Below the pieces are notes generated by a model. The model searched no databases. It saw only the letters and a list, made by a program, of their open reading frames with translations, and was not told the DNA's origin. Shown piece by piece: positions 44,770 to 54,031 of a DNA stretch of 64,000 nucleotides. The stretch comes from an uncultured Opitutales bacterium (GTDB lineage Bacteria; Verrucomicrobiota; Verrucomicrobiia; Opitutales; Seribacteraceae): NCBI GenBank assembly GCA_938091675.1, contig CALKMX010000015.1:2368-66367 (forward strand), written 5' to 3'. Position 1 is the first letter of the stretch, and each line of letters begins with the position of its first letter. Made by a program: the position numbers and the translations under genes.

Positions 44770-46623
44770 TTATGGAAAGAAATTCCAAAGAAATCCGACC
44801 ATTGAAACAGTCCCAAAAAAATAAATCGCCATGGGCCATATGCCAAATTTTAAAAAATCCTTAAACCTGTATCCACCCACAGTATAAACGAATGTATTCG
44901 TTTGATATCCTATTGGGGTCATAAAGCTAGCAGAGGCAGCTATACAGCAGGTTAAGACAAAGGCCCTTGCATCTTCTGCCTCTAATCCAAATTGAAAAGC
45001 AACCATAAGTGCAACGGGCGTCATAATCGCTATGGTTGCATTATTAGAGAGGAGTTCCGTTAAGAAAGCGGTGAAAAGATAGAGGACGATAATTGCCCCG
45101 ATTACCTGCCATTCTTGACTTAAGCCAGAGGTGCAGATTACTTTTATAAAATCTGCCAACAACGCAGAACCGCCACTTTTTTCCATGACCAAACCAAGGG
45201 CAAGCATCGAGTAAATAAGGAGCAGGAGATTCCATTCAACCGAACGAACGGCTTCTCTTAAATTTATTGAATTGCTCAGAATCAAAAAGCCTGCCCCCAG
45301 TAATGCTACAGTGCATAGAGGCATAATTCCCAAGGATGCAATGGCAATGATCGCTAAAAGGGCACCAATCGCAAAAAATGACTTGATTGGCTTTTTGTCC
45401 ACCAAGATAGGCGATCTATCTAATAAGACTGCCTCCCCGGAACTCCTGAACTTCTCCACGCTGGCCTCCGAGCCTAGAAGTAAAAGCGTATCGCCTGTTT
45501 CCAACTTCAGCTGATTTAATCTTAGACGCAGGTTTTTCCCTTTTCGGTGTAGGGCAACGATAGTCAAACTAAAGCACCCGCGAAAATCTACTTCAGAAAG
45601 GGTTTGCGAAAGTAATCCAGAAGTTGGCTTTATCATGGCCTCTACCATGATTGCTTCTGAGGTTTGTATTTCTTCAATTCCAAGGTCTGCTTGATCAAAA
45701 AACTTAAAGCCATTCACCTCGCGTGCATCAATTAATCCCTGGGGTTTACACGATAGGATTAAGCGATCTCCTTCGTCCAGTTTAATTTCTGATAATGGAG
45801 TTGAAAGACTGTTCCCTAAGCGCACCACTTCCAATAATCTTACTCCACTGATTTTTGATATGGTAGCTTCCTTGACCATTTGGCCTATCATAGGAGAGTT
45901 TTTTATCACCAAGGCTTCGGTCACAAATTCTTTTCTGTCTATATCAGCAAGGATTTTACTGAGTGCTTCTCTTTCTGGTAGAAGTTTTTTCCCAAAAAAA
46001 ACAAGGAATAAGATCCCTAAAATCATCAAAGGAAAGCCTATTTTGGTTAACTCAAACATCCCCATTGAGCCCATATCTGGATAGTATTTCGATGAGGACA
46101 TAAATCCACTGGCAAGGATGTTTGTGCTTGTGCCAATTAGGGTACAACATCCGCCAAATATAGATGCATAAGAAATTGGGATTAATAATTTAGAGGAGGC
46201 AACCCCCAGAATTCGTGACAGGCTTATGGCAACCGGTAACAAAATTACAACCACTGGGGTGTTATTAATAAAAGCCGAAAGACAGGCCACTGCGGTTAAA
46301 AGCAATAGCATAAATGGGCTAAAGCCCACGAAAGTAAGCTTCTGTAGGCTTAAGGTTAGCCTTTCAATTACCCCCTGTTTACTCAAGGCACTGCTAACAA
46401 TAAACATTGCAATAATAGCTAAAGGAGCCTCGCTTGACAAAATGCTTAAAAACTCACTGAAACTAGGCCAGTTTTCTAATCCGAACAGAGTTAGAACTAA
46501 AACCAAACCGAGTAAGCACAATGCCGTTGTTTCAATCTTGATTTTTTCTAATGCAAAAGAAGTAACTGCACCGATTAGCAGAATCAATGCAAGTATTAGC
46601 TCGGTTTGGTTTAGCGTTTGCAC
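44770..46623 (-). CDS. SLC13/DASS-type anion permease with two central TrkA-C (RCK_C) domains
   Basis: 617 aa. Two polytopic hydrophobic halves flank a soluble region of about 170 aa with two repeats of the RCK_C pattern (GQMVKEATISKISGVRLLEVVR...EGDRLILSC and LSQTLSEVDFRGCFSLTIVALHRKG...TGDTLLLLG). Confidence 0.7.
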   Translation of the reverse strand: MQTLNQTELILALILLIGAVTSFALEKIKIETTALCLLGLVLVLTLFGLENWPSFSEFLSILSSEAPLAIIAMFIVSSALSKQGVIERLTLSLQKLTFVGFSPFMLLLLTAVACLSAFINNTPVVVILLPVAISLSRILGVASSKLLIPISYASIFGGCCTLIGTSTNILASGFMSSSKYYPDMGSMGMFELTKIGFPLMILGILFLVFFGKKLLPEREALSKILADIDRKEFVTEALVIKNSPMIGQMVKEATISKISGVRLLEVVRLGNSLSTPLSEIKLDEGDRLILSCKPQGLIDAREVNGFKFFDQADLGIEEIQTSEAIMVEAMIKPTSGLLSQTLSEVDFRGCFSLTIVALHRKGKNLRLRLNQLKLETGDTLLLLGSEASVEKFRSSGEAVLLDRSPILVDKKPIKSFFAIGALLAIIAIASLGIMPLCTVALLGAGFLILSNSINLREAVRSVEWNLLLLIYSMLALGLVMEKSGGSALLADFIKVICTSGLSQEWQVIGAIIVLYLFTAFLTELLSNNATIAIMTPVALMVAFQFGLEAEDARAFVLTCCIAASASFMTPIGYQTNTFVYTVGGYRFKDFLKFGIWPMAIYFFGTVSMVGFLWNFFP

Positions 46624-46710
46624 ATTAAATTCTTATTAAGTTTGCGAAATCTATAAATCCAGAAATCATCTTTATTAGATTCATGATGTCGAACATATCC
46701 TGATTTTACC

Positions 46711-47697
46711 ATGACATACCAGCTTCCTTATCGCCCACGCAGGCTACGATCTAGCTCAGCTATTCGTGCGCTTGTTGAAGAATGCCAACTGACCGCCTCA
46801 GATTTTGTTTTACCTGTATTTGTTACTGAAGAAACCTCGCCATCTGAAATTTCCTCAATGCCTGGAGTCTTTAGATGGCCAGCGGTGGGGATAGAGGAAA
46901 AAGTTAGGGAATGGCGCCAGATGGGGATTCGTGCATTTGCCCTTTTTCCTAAAATTGACCCTCAGAAAAAAGATGGTTCTGGCAGTGAGATTCTCAACCC
47001 GGATAGTTTAGTCTACCGTACGGCAGCGGCAATCAATAGGCTCAACCTAGATATTGTGCTCATAGCCGACTTGGCATTAGACCCATATACCACCCACGGA
47101 CAAGATGGTGTGCTCCTTCCAGATGGTGTTGTGGATAATGACCAAACTGTTGAAATCCTTGCCAATGCTTCCATGGTTTGTGCGGGTGCAGGTTTTGATA
47201 TGGTGGCGCCCTCTGACATGATGGATGGCAGGGTGGGGATTATCCGTAAAACACTAGACGAGAACTCATTTCAGCATACTGGAATTATTTCTTATTCTGC
47301 AAAATTTGCATCCTCTTATTATGGGCCTTTTAGATCTGCGATTAAATCAAGCTCCGCTGAGGGTGGGGTGGATAAAAGAACCTATCAGCTTAATCCGTCT
47401 AACCTTAAAGAAGCCAAGAGAGAGCTTTGGTTAGATTTCCAGGAGGGTGCAGACATGCTTATGGTCAAGCCAGCAGAGCCATACTTGGATTTAATTTATT
47501 ATGCCCATACGAACATTAATCTTCCGATTGCCGCCTATCAGGTATCTGGCGAATATTCTCGGATAATGGCTGCTGACCAACTGGGTTGGCTAGACTGGAA
47601 AAAGTGTGCCCTTGAATCTTTGGTTTGTATTAAACGAGCTGGGGCAAATTTAATTTTCAGTTACTTTGCAGATCGAATCGTTTCGGAACTTGATTAA
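46711..47697 (+). CDS. hemB: Porphobilinogen synthase (delta-aminolevulinate dehydratase), Asp-rich non-zinc type
   Basis: 328 aa. PRRLR, Schiff-base lysine context MLMVKPA, and AYQVSGEY. The metal site reads ALDPYTTHGQDG (Asp instead of the Cys triad). Confidence 0.93.
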   Translation: MTYQLPYRPRRLRSSSAIRALVEECQLTASDFVLPVFVTEETSPSEISSMPGVFRWPAVGIEEKVREWRQMGIRAFALFPKIDPQKKDGSGSEILNPDSLVYRTAAAINRLNLDIVLIADLALDPYTTHGQDGVLLPDGVVDNDQTVEILANASMVCAGAGFDMVAPSDMMDGRVGIIRKTLDENSFQHTGIISYSAKFASSYYGPFRSAIKSSSAEGGVDKRTYQLNPSNLKEAKRELWLDFQEGADMLMVKPAEPYLDLIYYAHTNINLPIAAYQVSGEYSRIMAADQLGWLDWKKCALESLVCIKRAGANLIFSYFADRIVSELD

Positions 47698-48425
47698 TTT
47701 TCATCAGGTGCACCCCCTTCGTATGAAGTGATTTCTTCCCGGTCTTCATCATCTTCCCATTTTAGATCTTCGTTGGGCAAAAGTTTCTCTTCTTTGTCGG
47801 AAACTTCTACTAGCTGACTATCGAGATCCGAGTAGTCTTCTTCTCCATCCTTATCTTCATCCTTCTCATCATCTAAATCAGAATCAATTTGAAAACCATC
47901 TGGAACAAATTCCAAAATGGAGACTAACTCATCACTAAAATGGCTTCGCCGTCCTTCCAAAAAATCATTATTTTGTTTTTCAGAAAGTACTTCTTCCATT
48001 TCTTCTATGGTGTAGGGCTCGGTAAAGTCTATTAAATCATTTAACATCGCTACCCGGACATGCGTAACATGACTCAAAAAGTCTGCATAAGGACCTTTTT
48101 CTTCATCCAAAACATCTGGCAGTGCAAATAACATGTCTTCTGCTTTAAGCAAAGAGTCTCTCACTCGTTCAAGTTTCACTTTTTTCCCTGCCACTTCTTC
48201 TGATATTTCGAAGGTGAAAAAAGCTTCATCTACTAATTGGGACTGTAGTCCAAATTCTGTCATGGAATCAAGAAGCTCATTGATATATATGAATTGTTTA
48301 GGGTCTATTATACCAAGGTCTTCGATGTCCCAATTTTCGGCATCGCTTATCGAATCAACCCACCATTTACTTTCGTTATCGCAACGAACAATACACCAAT
48401 CTAGGCTCGGACTTGTTTTTTTCAT
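47694..48425 (-). CDS. Highly acidic hypothetical protein
   Basis: 243-aa ORF rich in D/E, especially the C-terminal third (DSDLDDEKDEDKDGEEDYSDLD...WEDDEDREE). No motif recognised. It fills the gap between hemB and pyrD exactly. Confidence 0.55.
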   Translation of the reverse strand: MKKTSPSLDWCIVRCDNESKWWVDSISDAENWDIEDLGIIDPKQFIYINELLDSMTEFGLQSQLVDEAFFTFEISEEVAGKKVKLERVRDSLLKAEDMLFALPDVLDEEKGPYADFLSHVTHVRVAMLNDLIDFTEPYTIEEMEEVLSEKQNNDFLEGRRSHFSDELVSILEFVPDGFQIDSDLDDEKDEDKDGEEDYSDLDSQLVEVSDKEEKLLPNEDLKWEDDEDREEITSYEGGAPDEN

Positions 48426-48549
48426 TGGATTGCCTTAAGAGATGTTCAATTTATATGTCAATCAATACTGACAATATTTTATATTTCTTTTGCCTCTAAT
48501 CCTCAGATTTCCCGCTTTTTGATGCACGTTTTGTCTTTTATTATATCTA

Positions 48550-49605
48550 ATGCTCTACAATAAACTGATTCGGCCAATTTTATTTACACTCGATCCCGAA
48601 ACGGCTCATGAATGGGGTATCCAGGCCCTTTCCATTTTGGCTAAAGCGAGTCCAGTTTGTTCTCTCTTAAAAAGATTCCTCCTTTGTGAGAAGAATCCTG
48701 TGAAAGCATTTGGTTTAACTTTTCCCAACTGTATAGGGCAGGCGGCTGGACTTGATAAAGATGGGCTTTTTCCTGCTTCTTCTGAAGCATTAGGTTTTGG
48801 TTTCGTGGAAGTGGGGACAGTTACTCCGCTCCCTCAATCTGGAAATGATAGGCCCAGGCTTTTTCGCTTTCCGCAGCATTTAGCATTGGTGAACCGAATG
48901 GGGTTTAATAACAGGGGTGCGGAAGCTTTGAAGCAAAGTTTGACCGAAAAGTTTCCCAGCCATCTGAGAGCTATTCCACTAGGTATAAATCTGGGAAAGG
49001 GTAAATCTACCCCCCTTTCAGATGCCCTTACAGATTATTGCTCTGGTTTTGATATAGCTGCAAGCCAAGCAGATTACATTACGATCAATATCAGTTCTCC
49101 CAATACCCCAGATCTACGAAAATTACAGAAAGGGGAATTTCTTGATCCCCTGCTCTTAGGGATTAAGGAACATCGAAACAAATGGGCCAAGGAAAATAAT
49201 CGGGTATCGCCTCCGTGTTTATTAAAAATTTCTCCGGATGAGAGTTTTAAAGACTTGGAAATAATCATTGGAAAAGCCATGGAGTATCAATTTGACGGAG
49301 TTATTGCATGCAACACCTCAATTAAACCACCTGAGCAAATGAAAAAATCTGTGGCTTTACCCGATGGGGGTATTAGCGGCAAGCCCATCGAAACCAGAGC
49401 AAATCAGGTAATCAAATTTATTGACAGGCTAACCGATTCAAAATTTCCCATAATTGGTTCCGGGGGAATTTACGATTATGACAGTGCTCAACGAAAATTA
49501 GATTCAGGTGCATGCCTCCTTCAAATTTATACTTCTGTAATATATGAAGGACCACTATGGCCTTCTCGTTTAGCTAAACGAATGCCTCTTGCCAAATCGT
49601 TTTAA
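48550..49605 (+). CDS. pyrD: Dihydroorotate dehydrogenase (quinone), class 2
   Basis: 351 aa. N-terminal membrane-association helix, NRMGFNNRG, INISSPNTPDLR, and GSGGI. Confidence 0.92.
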   Translation: MLYNKLIRPILFTLDPETAHEWGIQALSILAKASPVCSLLKRFLLCEKNPVKAFGLTFPNCIGQAAGLDKDGLFPASSEALGFGFVEVGTVTPLPQSGNDRPRLFRFPQHLALVNRMGFNNRGAEALKQSLTEKFPSHLRAIPLGINLGKGKSTPLSDALTDYCSGFDIAASQADYITINISSPNTPDLRKLQKGEFLDPLLLGIKEHRNKWAKENNRVSPPCLLKISPDESFKDLEIIIGKAMEYQFDGVIACNTSIKPPEQMKKSVALPDGGISGKPIETRANQVIKFIDRLTDSKFPIIGSGGIYDYDSAQRKLDSGACLLQIYTSVIYEGPLWPSRLAKRMPLAKSF

Positions 49606-49640
49606 TCCATAAAGTGTAAATTTAGTGAAGTGAAAACAAA

Positions 49641-50612
49641 ATGAGGAGTTTCCTAATAACATGCATTGTTGCCTTGTTGGCAACTGGTTGCCTAACTTAT
49701 TTTATACCATTTGAGGGTAACCCTGAGCTTTTAAAAGCATGGTGGCAGGAAGTGGCCAGAGATAGTGAATCCCTTCCCTTTGCTCCTTACAATTCAAGAA
49801 TTTTACAAAAATCTGCCATTCGTACTGAGGGTGCAAATGAGGTCATTATCATTGACCAACATTTATTTTGGAAAGGCGCGGGGGCAAAAATTTCTCCTGT
49901 GCTTAATGAGAATAATTATGTCGAGGAATTTAAGGTGCTGGAGGGGGGCAAGGGTTATTCGATGTTGGTAAAAGTTTATATTCAAGGTGCGGGTTCAAAT
50001 AAATTTAAATTGGGTAATCCCATTGTGAGCAATGGTGCAATCGTTGGGTTACCCATTGAGAGCACAGCCAAATGGAATAAAGAGCCTGTAGTTTATGCAA
50101 AAGAGGAGCCTTATCCCTTTAGTGGAATCGTTGAGAACGAATTTCCGGGAGGGCAAATAATTGAACAGATCCCATATCTTTCTGGAAGGATTCATGGCAC
50201 AGTAAAGCGATGGAATGAATATGGAATACCAGTATCTTCAAAAGACTATCGGTATGGAAAAAAGGAGGGCACACATATTTATTGGTTCGAACAAACCAAC
50301 GATCCTGAAGACTACGTACCGATAAAATCCAAGTCAGGTGAATTATATCCAACCCTGTGGATTAAATTGAGGGAAGAAGCAAAGACGAAATTTCTTGAAG
50401 AATTTGGTACACATAAAGCGAACGAATGGGTAACTTTTAATTATCGTAGCGGCGGTGGAGAATTTCCTGTGAGATTATTAGAACATTGGAAAAATAATCT
50501 TAAACACGGTTTATTCGAAGGTTTTGATGAGTTTGGTAACAAAACATTCAAAGATGATTACAACATGGGACTCCGTGTTAAACACAAAATCTTTGACAAA
50601 ACTAAGGGATAA
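49641..50612 (+). CDS. Lipoprotein with MORN-variant (YwqK-like) repeats
   Basis: 323 aa. Signal peptide plus lipobox LLATG|C. Repeats of the G-x-G-x-x-x-W-x-x-x-G type (GRIHGTVKRWNEYG, GKKEGTHIYWFEQ, LKHGLFEGFDEFGN). Confidence 0.6.
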   Translation: MRSFLITCIVALLATGCLTYFIPFEGNPELLKAWWQEVARDSESLPFAPYNSRILQKSAIRTEGANEVIIIDQHLFWKGAGAKISPVLNENNYVEEFKVLEGGKGYSMLVKVYIQGAGSNKFKLGNPIVSNGAIVGLPIESTAKWNKEPVVYAKEEPYPFSGIVENEFPGGQIIEQIPYLSGRIHGTVKRWNEYGIPVSSKDYRYGKKEGTHIYWFEQTNDPEDYVPIKSKSGELYPTLWIKLREEAKTKFLEEFGTHKANEWVTFNYRSGGGEFPVRLLEHWKNNLKHGLFEGFDEFGNKTFKDDYNMGLRVKHKIFDKTKG

Positions 50613-50613
50613 A

Positions 50614-50698
50614 TGGTGCTCAAGGGGGGACTCGAACCCCCAAGCCTTTCGGCACTAGATCCTTAATCTAGCGCGTATACCAATTCCGCCACCTGAGC
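50614..50698 (-). tRNA. trnL: tRNA-Leu, class II, anticodon AAG by hand folding
   Basis: 85 nt: GCUCAGG-UG-GCG-GAAUUGGUAUA-CGC-G-CUAGA-UUAAGGA-UCUAG-UGCCGAAAGGCUU-GGGGG-UUCGAGU-CCCCC-CUUGAGC-A-CCA. The long variable arm and A73 fit Leu. The tRNA call is confident, but the anticodon register needs software confirmation. Confidence 0.85.
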
Positions 50699-50760
50699 AA
50701 AGGTCTAAGTTATAAAACTGGAAACTGGATTGCAAGAAGGATATTAGGGTTATGATAACT

Positions 50761-51183
50761 CTAATTCAGTGGATAAAAAGATAAGTTTCTATATGATTCC
50801 TCTTCAAGGATGATTTCTAGTGAAAAATGCTTTGAGTTGTTAAACATAATCTGAGGATGTCCCCATTCCATTAATAATACGTAACTCTTTCCTAGTAATG
50901 GTTCGACCTCTAAACTAATAAACTCTTCCGTAGGATTATATCGGTAGAAGTCGCAATGAATTATATTATGTGACCCTGGCAATTTACTAACGATCGAATA
51001 ACTCGCACTATTCGCATGATAGGAACCATAGTTTTTAAGAAAACTATTAGTAAATGTGGTTTTCCCAACACCCATGTGACCGGTTATAAAAATAATTGCT
51101 TTTTTAAAATTAATAATATGATCAAAAATCTTTTTTGACGCATGATCTAAATCTTTAAGATTAAATATCTTTTGATTAATCAT
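50761..51183 (-). CDS. tsaE: tRNA t6A37 biosynthesis ATPase TsaE
   Basis: 140 aa. P-loop ITGHMGVGKTT, SYSIVS (equivalent to SPTF), HCDFYR, and LMEWG. ATGA overlap with the upstream CPBP gene. Confidence 0.8.
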   Translation of the reverse strand: MINQKIFNLKDLDHASKKIFDHIINFKKAIIFITGHMGVGKTTFTNSFLKNYGSYHANSASYSIVSKLPGSHNIIHCDFYRYNPTEEFISLEVEPLLGKSYVLLMEWGHPQIMFNNSKHFSLEIILEEESYRNLSFYPLN

Positions 51184-51764
51184 AAGATTAGAAGAATCAT
51201 TATAATATTGAATATTGAATGCATTAAAATAGAGAAAAATACTGTTTTGGTCAAAAAGCGAAGTACGCCAAGAAAAATCCCGAGTATAAATAAAGAAGGT
51301 GCGGCAATAATATTAAGATGAATTATGGAAAAATATAATGCTAATAATAGAATTGCCCAGAATATGCCTGTATAATTTTTAAGGTAATTGTAGAGTAATT
51401 CCCTAAAATAGATTTCTTCGATTAGCGGACCGAATAAAACAATCCATAAAAGCGTAACATGTGATATTTTTCCCTCTTTAAGCATTGTACTAACTGAATT
51501 TTGTAAAGAATATTCAACAAGAATAAAGCCACTTAAATAATTAGTTAGAAAAAGAATAGGTATGAATATGATAAAACATTTAAGGCATACCTTTAGTGTT
51601 CTAGAAAACCGAGTTGGAACAATGCCTTTATAAGAACCTGTTAGAAAAATTATTAAAATTACAACTGGGATAAGTTCGCGAGAGGCAATAAGCCATGCTC
51701 CTGAGAAAACTAAAAAGATATAAATGGAGCGATAAATCTTAGAATTGATATTTATATCTAGCAC
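51180..51764 (-). CDS. CPBP-family (CAAX/Abi) intramembrane glutamic protease
   Basis: 194 aa, polytopic. EEIYFRE (EExxxR), FSIIHLN and MHSIFN (HxxxN) motifs. Confidence 0.75.
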   Translation of the reverse strand: MLDININSKIYRSIYIFLVFSGAWLIASRELIPVVILIIFLTGSYKGIVPTRFSRTLKVCLKCFIIFIPILFLTNYLSGFILVEYSLQNSVSTMLKEGKISHVTLLWIVLFGPLIEEIYFRELLYNYLKNYTGIFWAILLLALYFSIIHLNIIAAPSLFILGIFLGVLRFLTKTVFFSILMHSIFNIIMILLIL

Positions 51765-51806
51765 AAATCGTAGTGAAAAGAATTGAGTGCTTCTTTTTAA
51801 GACACC

Positions 51807-53090
51807 TTAATTCGAGTAAGCAACAACGCCATCACACAATGTTAAAATTACTTTATGTGTAAATATATGGTCTTTTAAGGGTGAGTTATGAGACAGACTT
51901 TCGCCATTTAACGGATCATATTGCCATGATTCATTATTTTTGACTACCGCAAGGTTTGCACTAGATCCATCTTTAAGAGATGGCGGGGATATTCCCAATA
52001 TTATGTGCGGGTTATCGCATAGTTTTTCGACTACCATAGGGTATGGGTCTTCCAAGTTTACCGCTTCCATAAAAGCCAGCAGTGCAGTCTCGAGACCGGT
52101 GGTACCACTCGGTGCCAAATCAAACTCAACATCTTTAAGATGATCGGAATATGGTTCGTGACTTGAACTACAGGCATCAATGATTCCATTTATAATTCCC
52201 TCACGCAGTGCACTTCTGTCGCTTTCTTGCCGTAAAGGCGGGTTTGTTTTAGCAGAAGTATTGTAATCACTTATTGCTTCTTCAGTTAAGAGGAGGTGGT
52301 GAGCTGAAACATCTGCGGTTATTGGAATCCCTATGTCTTTGGCTTTCTTAATTAGATTAACCGAACCCGAGGAAGAGATGGAGCTCAAATGAATTGGTAC
52401 GCCAAGGTGTCTTGCTATTATTATCGATCTCTCGACCGCGATTTCTTCCGCCATTCTCGGATTTCCGGCTAGTCCCATTTTTAAACTTAAAGGGCTTTCA
52501 TGAGCATGACTATTATTCGAAAGAAATGAATCTTGCGGGAAATCTATAACCGTTAACCCAAACATTTTTGCGTATTTTATCGCATTGGTAAAAATTTGGT
52601 TGTTTGCGGCGGTATAAGGGCAATCTGTTACAGCCACAACTCCAACATCTTTAAGGGATCCAAGAGGTGCTATACTTTCTCCCCTAGATCCAATTGTTAA
52701 GCAACCGCTCAAATACACATTTACTTTTGCCGTTTGCTTTATTCTGTCTTGGATATAACGGATGGTGGCTGGGTTATCCGAATAAGGATTCGTGTCCGGC
52801 ATGGTCAAGATAGATGAAAATCCACCCCTAGCAGCTGCTTTTGTAAGCGTTTCTATATTCTCACTCTTTCCTGCTCCCGGAACTCGGTTGTGCGAACGTA
52901 AATCAAGTAGGCCTGGAAGAACAGTGTGGCCTTTAAGATGATAAACCTTATCTGCTTGGCTTGAATCGGGTGGCTGGTGATAAATTTTTCCCTTTCTAAT
53001 AAATAAATCTAACACCTTATCTATCCCAGATTTAGGATCTACCGCCCGTCCACCCAACAAATCAATGTTTTTAAATAAATTATTGCTCAT
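51807..53090 (-). CDS. pyrC: Dihydroorotase-like protein lacking most metal ligands (probable non-catalytic PyrC')
   Basis: Amidohydrolase-fold DHOase homolog (PGLLD..., NPPLRQESDRSAL). Canonical DxHVHxR reads DLRSHNR, HVCHVST reads IHLSSISS, and ATDHAPH reads CSSSHEPY. I place the start at the Met at 53090, giving an ATGA overlap with the pyrB stop. The ORF in the track extends to 53120. Confidence 0.75.
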   Translation of the reverse strand: MSNNLFKNIDLLGGRAVDPKSGIDKVLDLFIRKGKIYHQPPDSSQADKVYHLKGHTVLPGLLDLRSHNRVPGAGKSENIETLTKAAARGGFSSILTMPDTNPYSDNPATIRYIQDRIKQTAKVNVYLSGCLTIGSRGESIAPLGSLKDVGVVAVTDCPYTAANNQIFTNAIKYAKMFGLTVIDFPQDSFLSNNSHAHESPLSLKMGLAGNPRMAEEIAVERSIIIARHLGVPIHLSSISSSGSVNLIKKAKDIGIPITADVSAHHLLLTEEAISDYNTSAKTNPPLRQESDRSALREGIINGIIDACSSSHEPYSDHLKDVEFDLAPSGTTGLETALLAFMEAVNLEDPYPMVVEKLCDNPHIILGISPPSLKDGSSANLAVVKNNESWQYDPLNGESLSHNSPLKDHIFTHKVILTLCDGVVAYSN

Positions 53091-54031
53091 GAGGGATCGC
53101 CCTCCTGCCTGATTATGCATGAGTGTAAAATTGCCATCCGTACGGCAATTCCATTCGCAACTTGCTGAAGAATAACCGCCCGATGGGAGTCTGCTATTTC
53201 AGACTCTATTTCTACACCTCTATTTAGCGGGCCTGGATGAAGGATTATTGCATTTTTTTTCATTCGAGCAAGAGCGACTGAGTCTAACCCAAAAACATTG
53301 GCATATTCCGCTAGGGACGGAAAATGCGAAGCCTGCTGCCTTTCGTGCTGAATCCTCAAAAGCATAACCGCATCTGCCCCTTCGAGTGCAGAGTTTGGGT
53401 CATGAGTCACCCTAGCGCCTAGTTCTTCAAATTCTCGAGGAACAAGAGTTGATGGACCTGCTAAAGTAACCTCAGCACCTAATTTTAACAGTCCCCACAA
53501 ATTTGAGCGGGCGACCCGACTAAAAAGAATATCTCCCAAAATAGTGATCTTTTTATCTCTTAAGTCACCGAGTTTTTCTTGTAGAGTATAAATGTCCAAA
53601 AGTGCCTGACTTGGATGTTCATGGGCACCATCGCCTGCATTTATAATAGGCACATCGACCAGCCTGGAGAGAAAGAGAGGTGAACCAGGGGATGAGTGTC
53701 TAATTACAATGGCATCGGCACCCAACGCTTGAACATTCATGGCAGTATCTTTTAGCGTTTCCCCTTTGGTTAAACTACTTGCCTCGCCTGTTATAGAAAT
53801 TATGTCAGCACCCAAGGACTTTGCGGCAATTTCAAAGGCTACTCGAGTTCGAGTACTTGGCTCCATAAATAAGTTGATGATTCGTTTACCTTTTAAAGAT
53901 GGAAGAACCTGACCTGATTTTTCCTTCTGTTCCTTAATTGATTTTGCTTTCTTCAGGAGAAAAATAATTTCTTCAGAAGACAAATCCTCAATCGAAAGAA
54001 GGGAGTTCCTCTGCCAAATCATAGGTTCCAC
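53087..54031 (-). CDS. pyrB: Aspartate carbamoyltransferase catalytic subunit
   Basis: 314 aa. EPSTRTRVAFE, HEHPSQALLD, and ILHPGPLNRG. An alternative start at 54022 (MIWQRN) would give an ATGA overlap with the upstream HAD gene. Confidence 0.93.
   Translation of the reverse strand: MEPMIWQRNSLLSIEDLSSEEIIFLLKKAKSIKEQKEKSGQVLPSLKGKRIINLFMEPSTRTRVAFEIAAKSLGADIISITGEASSLTKGETLKDTAMNVQALGADAIVIRHSSPGSPLFLSRLVDVPIINAGDGAHEHPSQALLDIYTLQEKLGDLRDKKITILGDILFSRVARSNLWGLLKLGAEVTLAGPSTLVPREFEELGARVTHDPNSALEGADAVMLLRIQHERQQASHFPSLAEYANVFGLDSVALARMKKNAIILHPGPLNRGVEIESEIADSHRAVILQQVANGIAVRMAILHSCIIRQEGDPS

Noticed and set aside
50614-51806. Idea that the AT-rich tsaE-CPBP block is a tRNA-targeted genomic island
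   Set aside because: The block lies on the 5' side of the tRNA, not the 3' side. I found no integrase and no direct repeat of the tRNA end, and tsaE is a core gene. I kept only the compositional and linkage observation.
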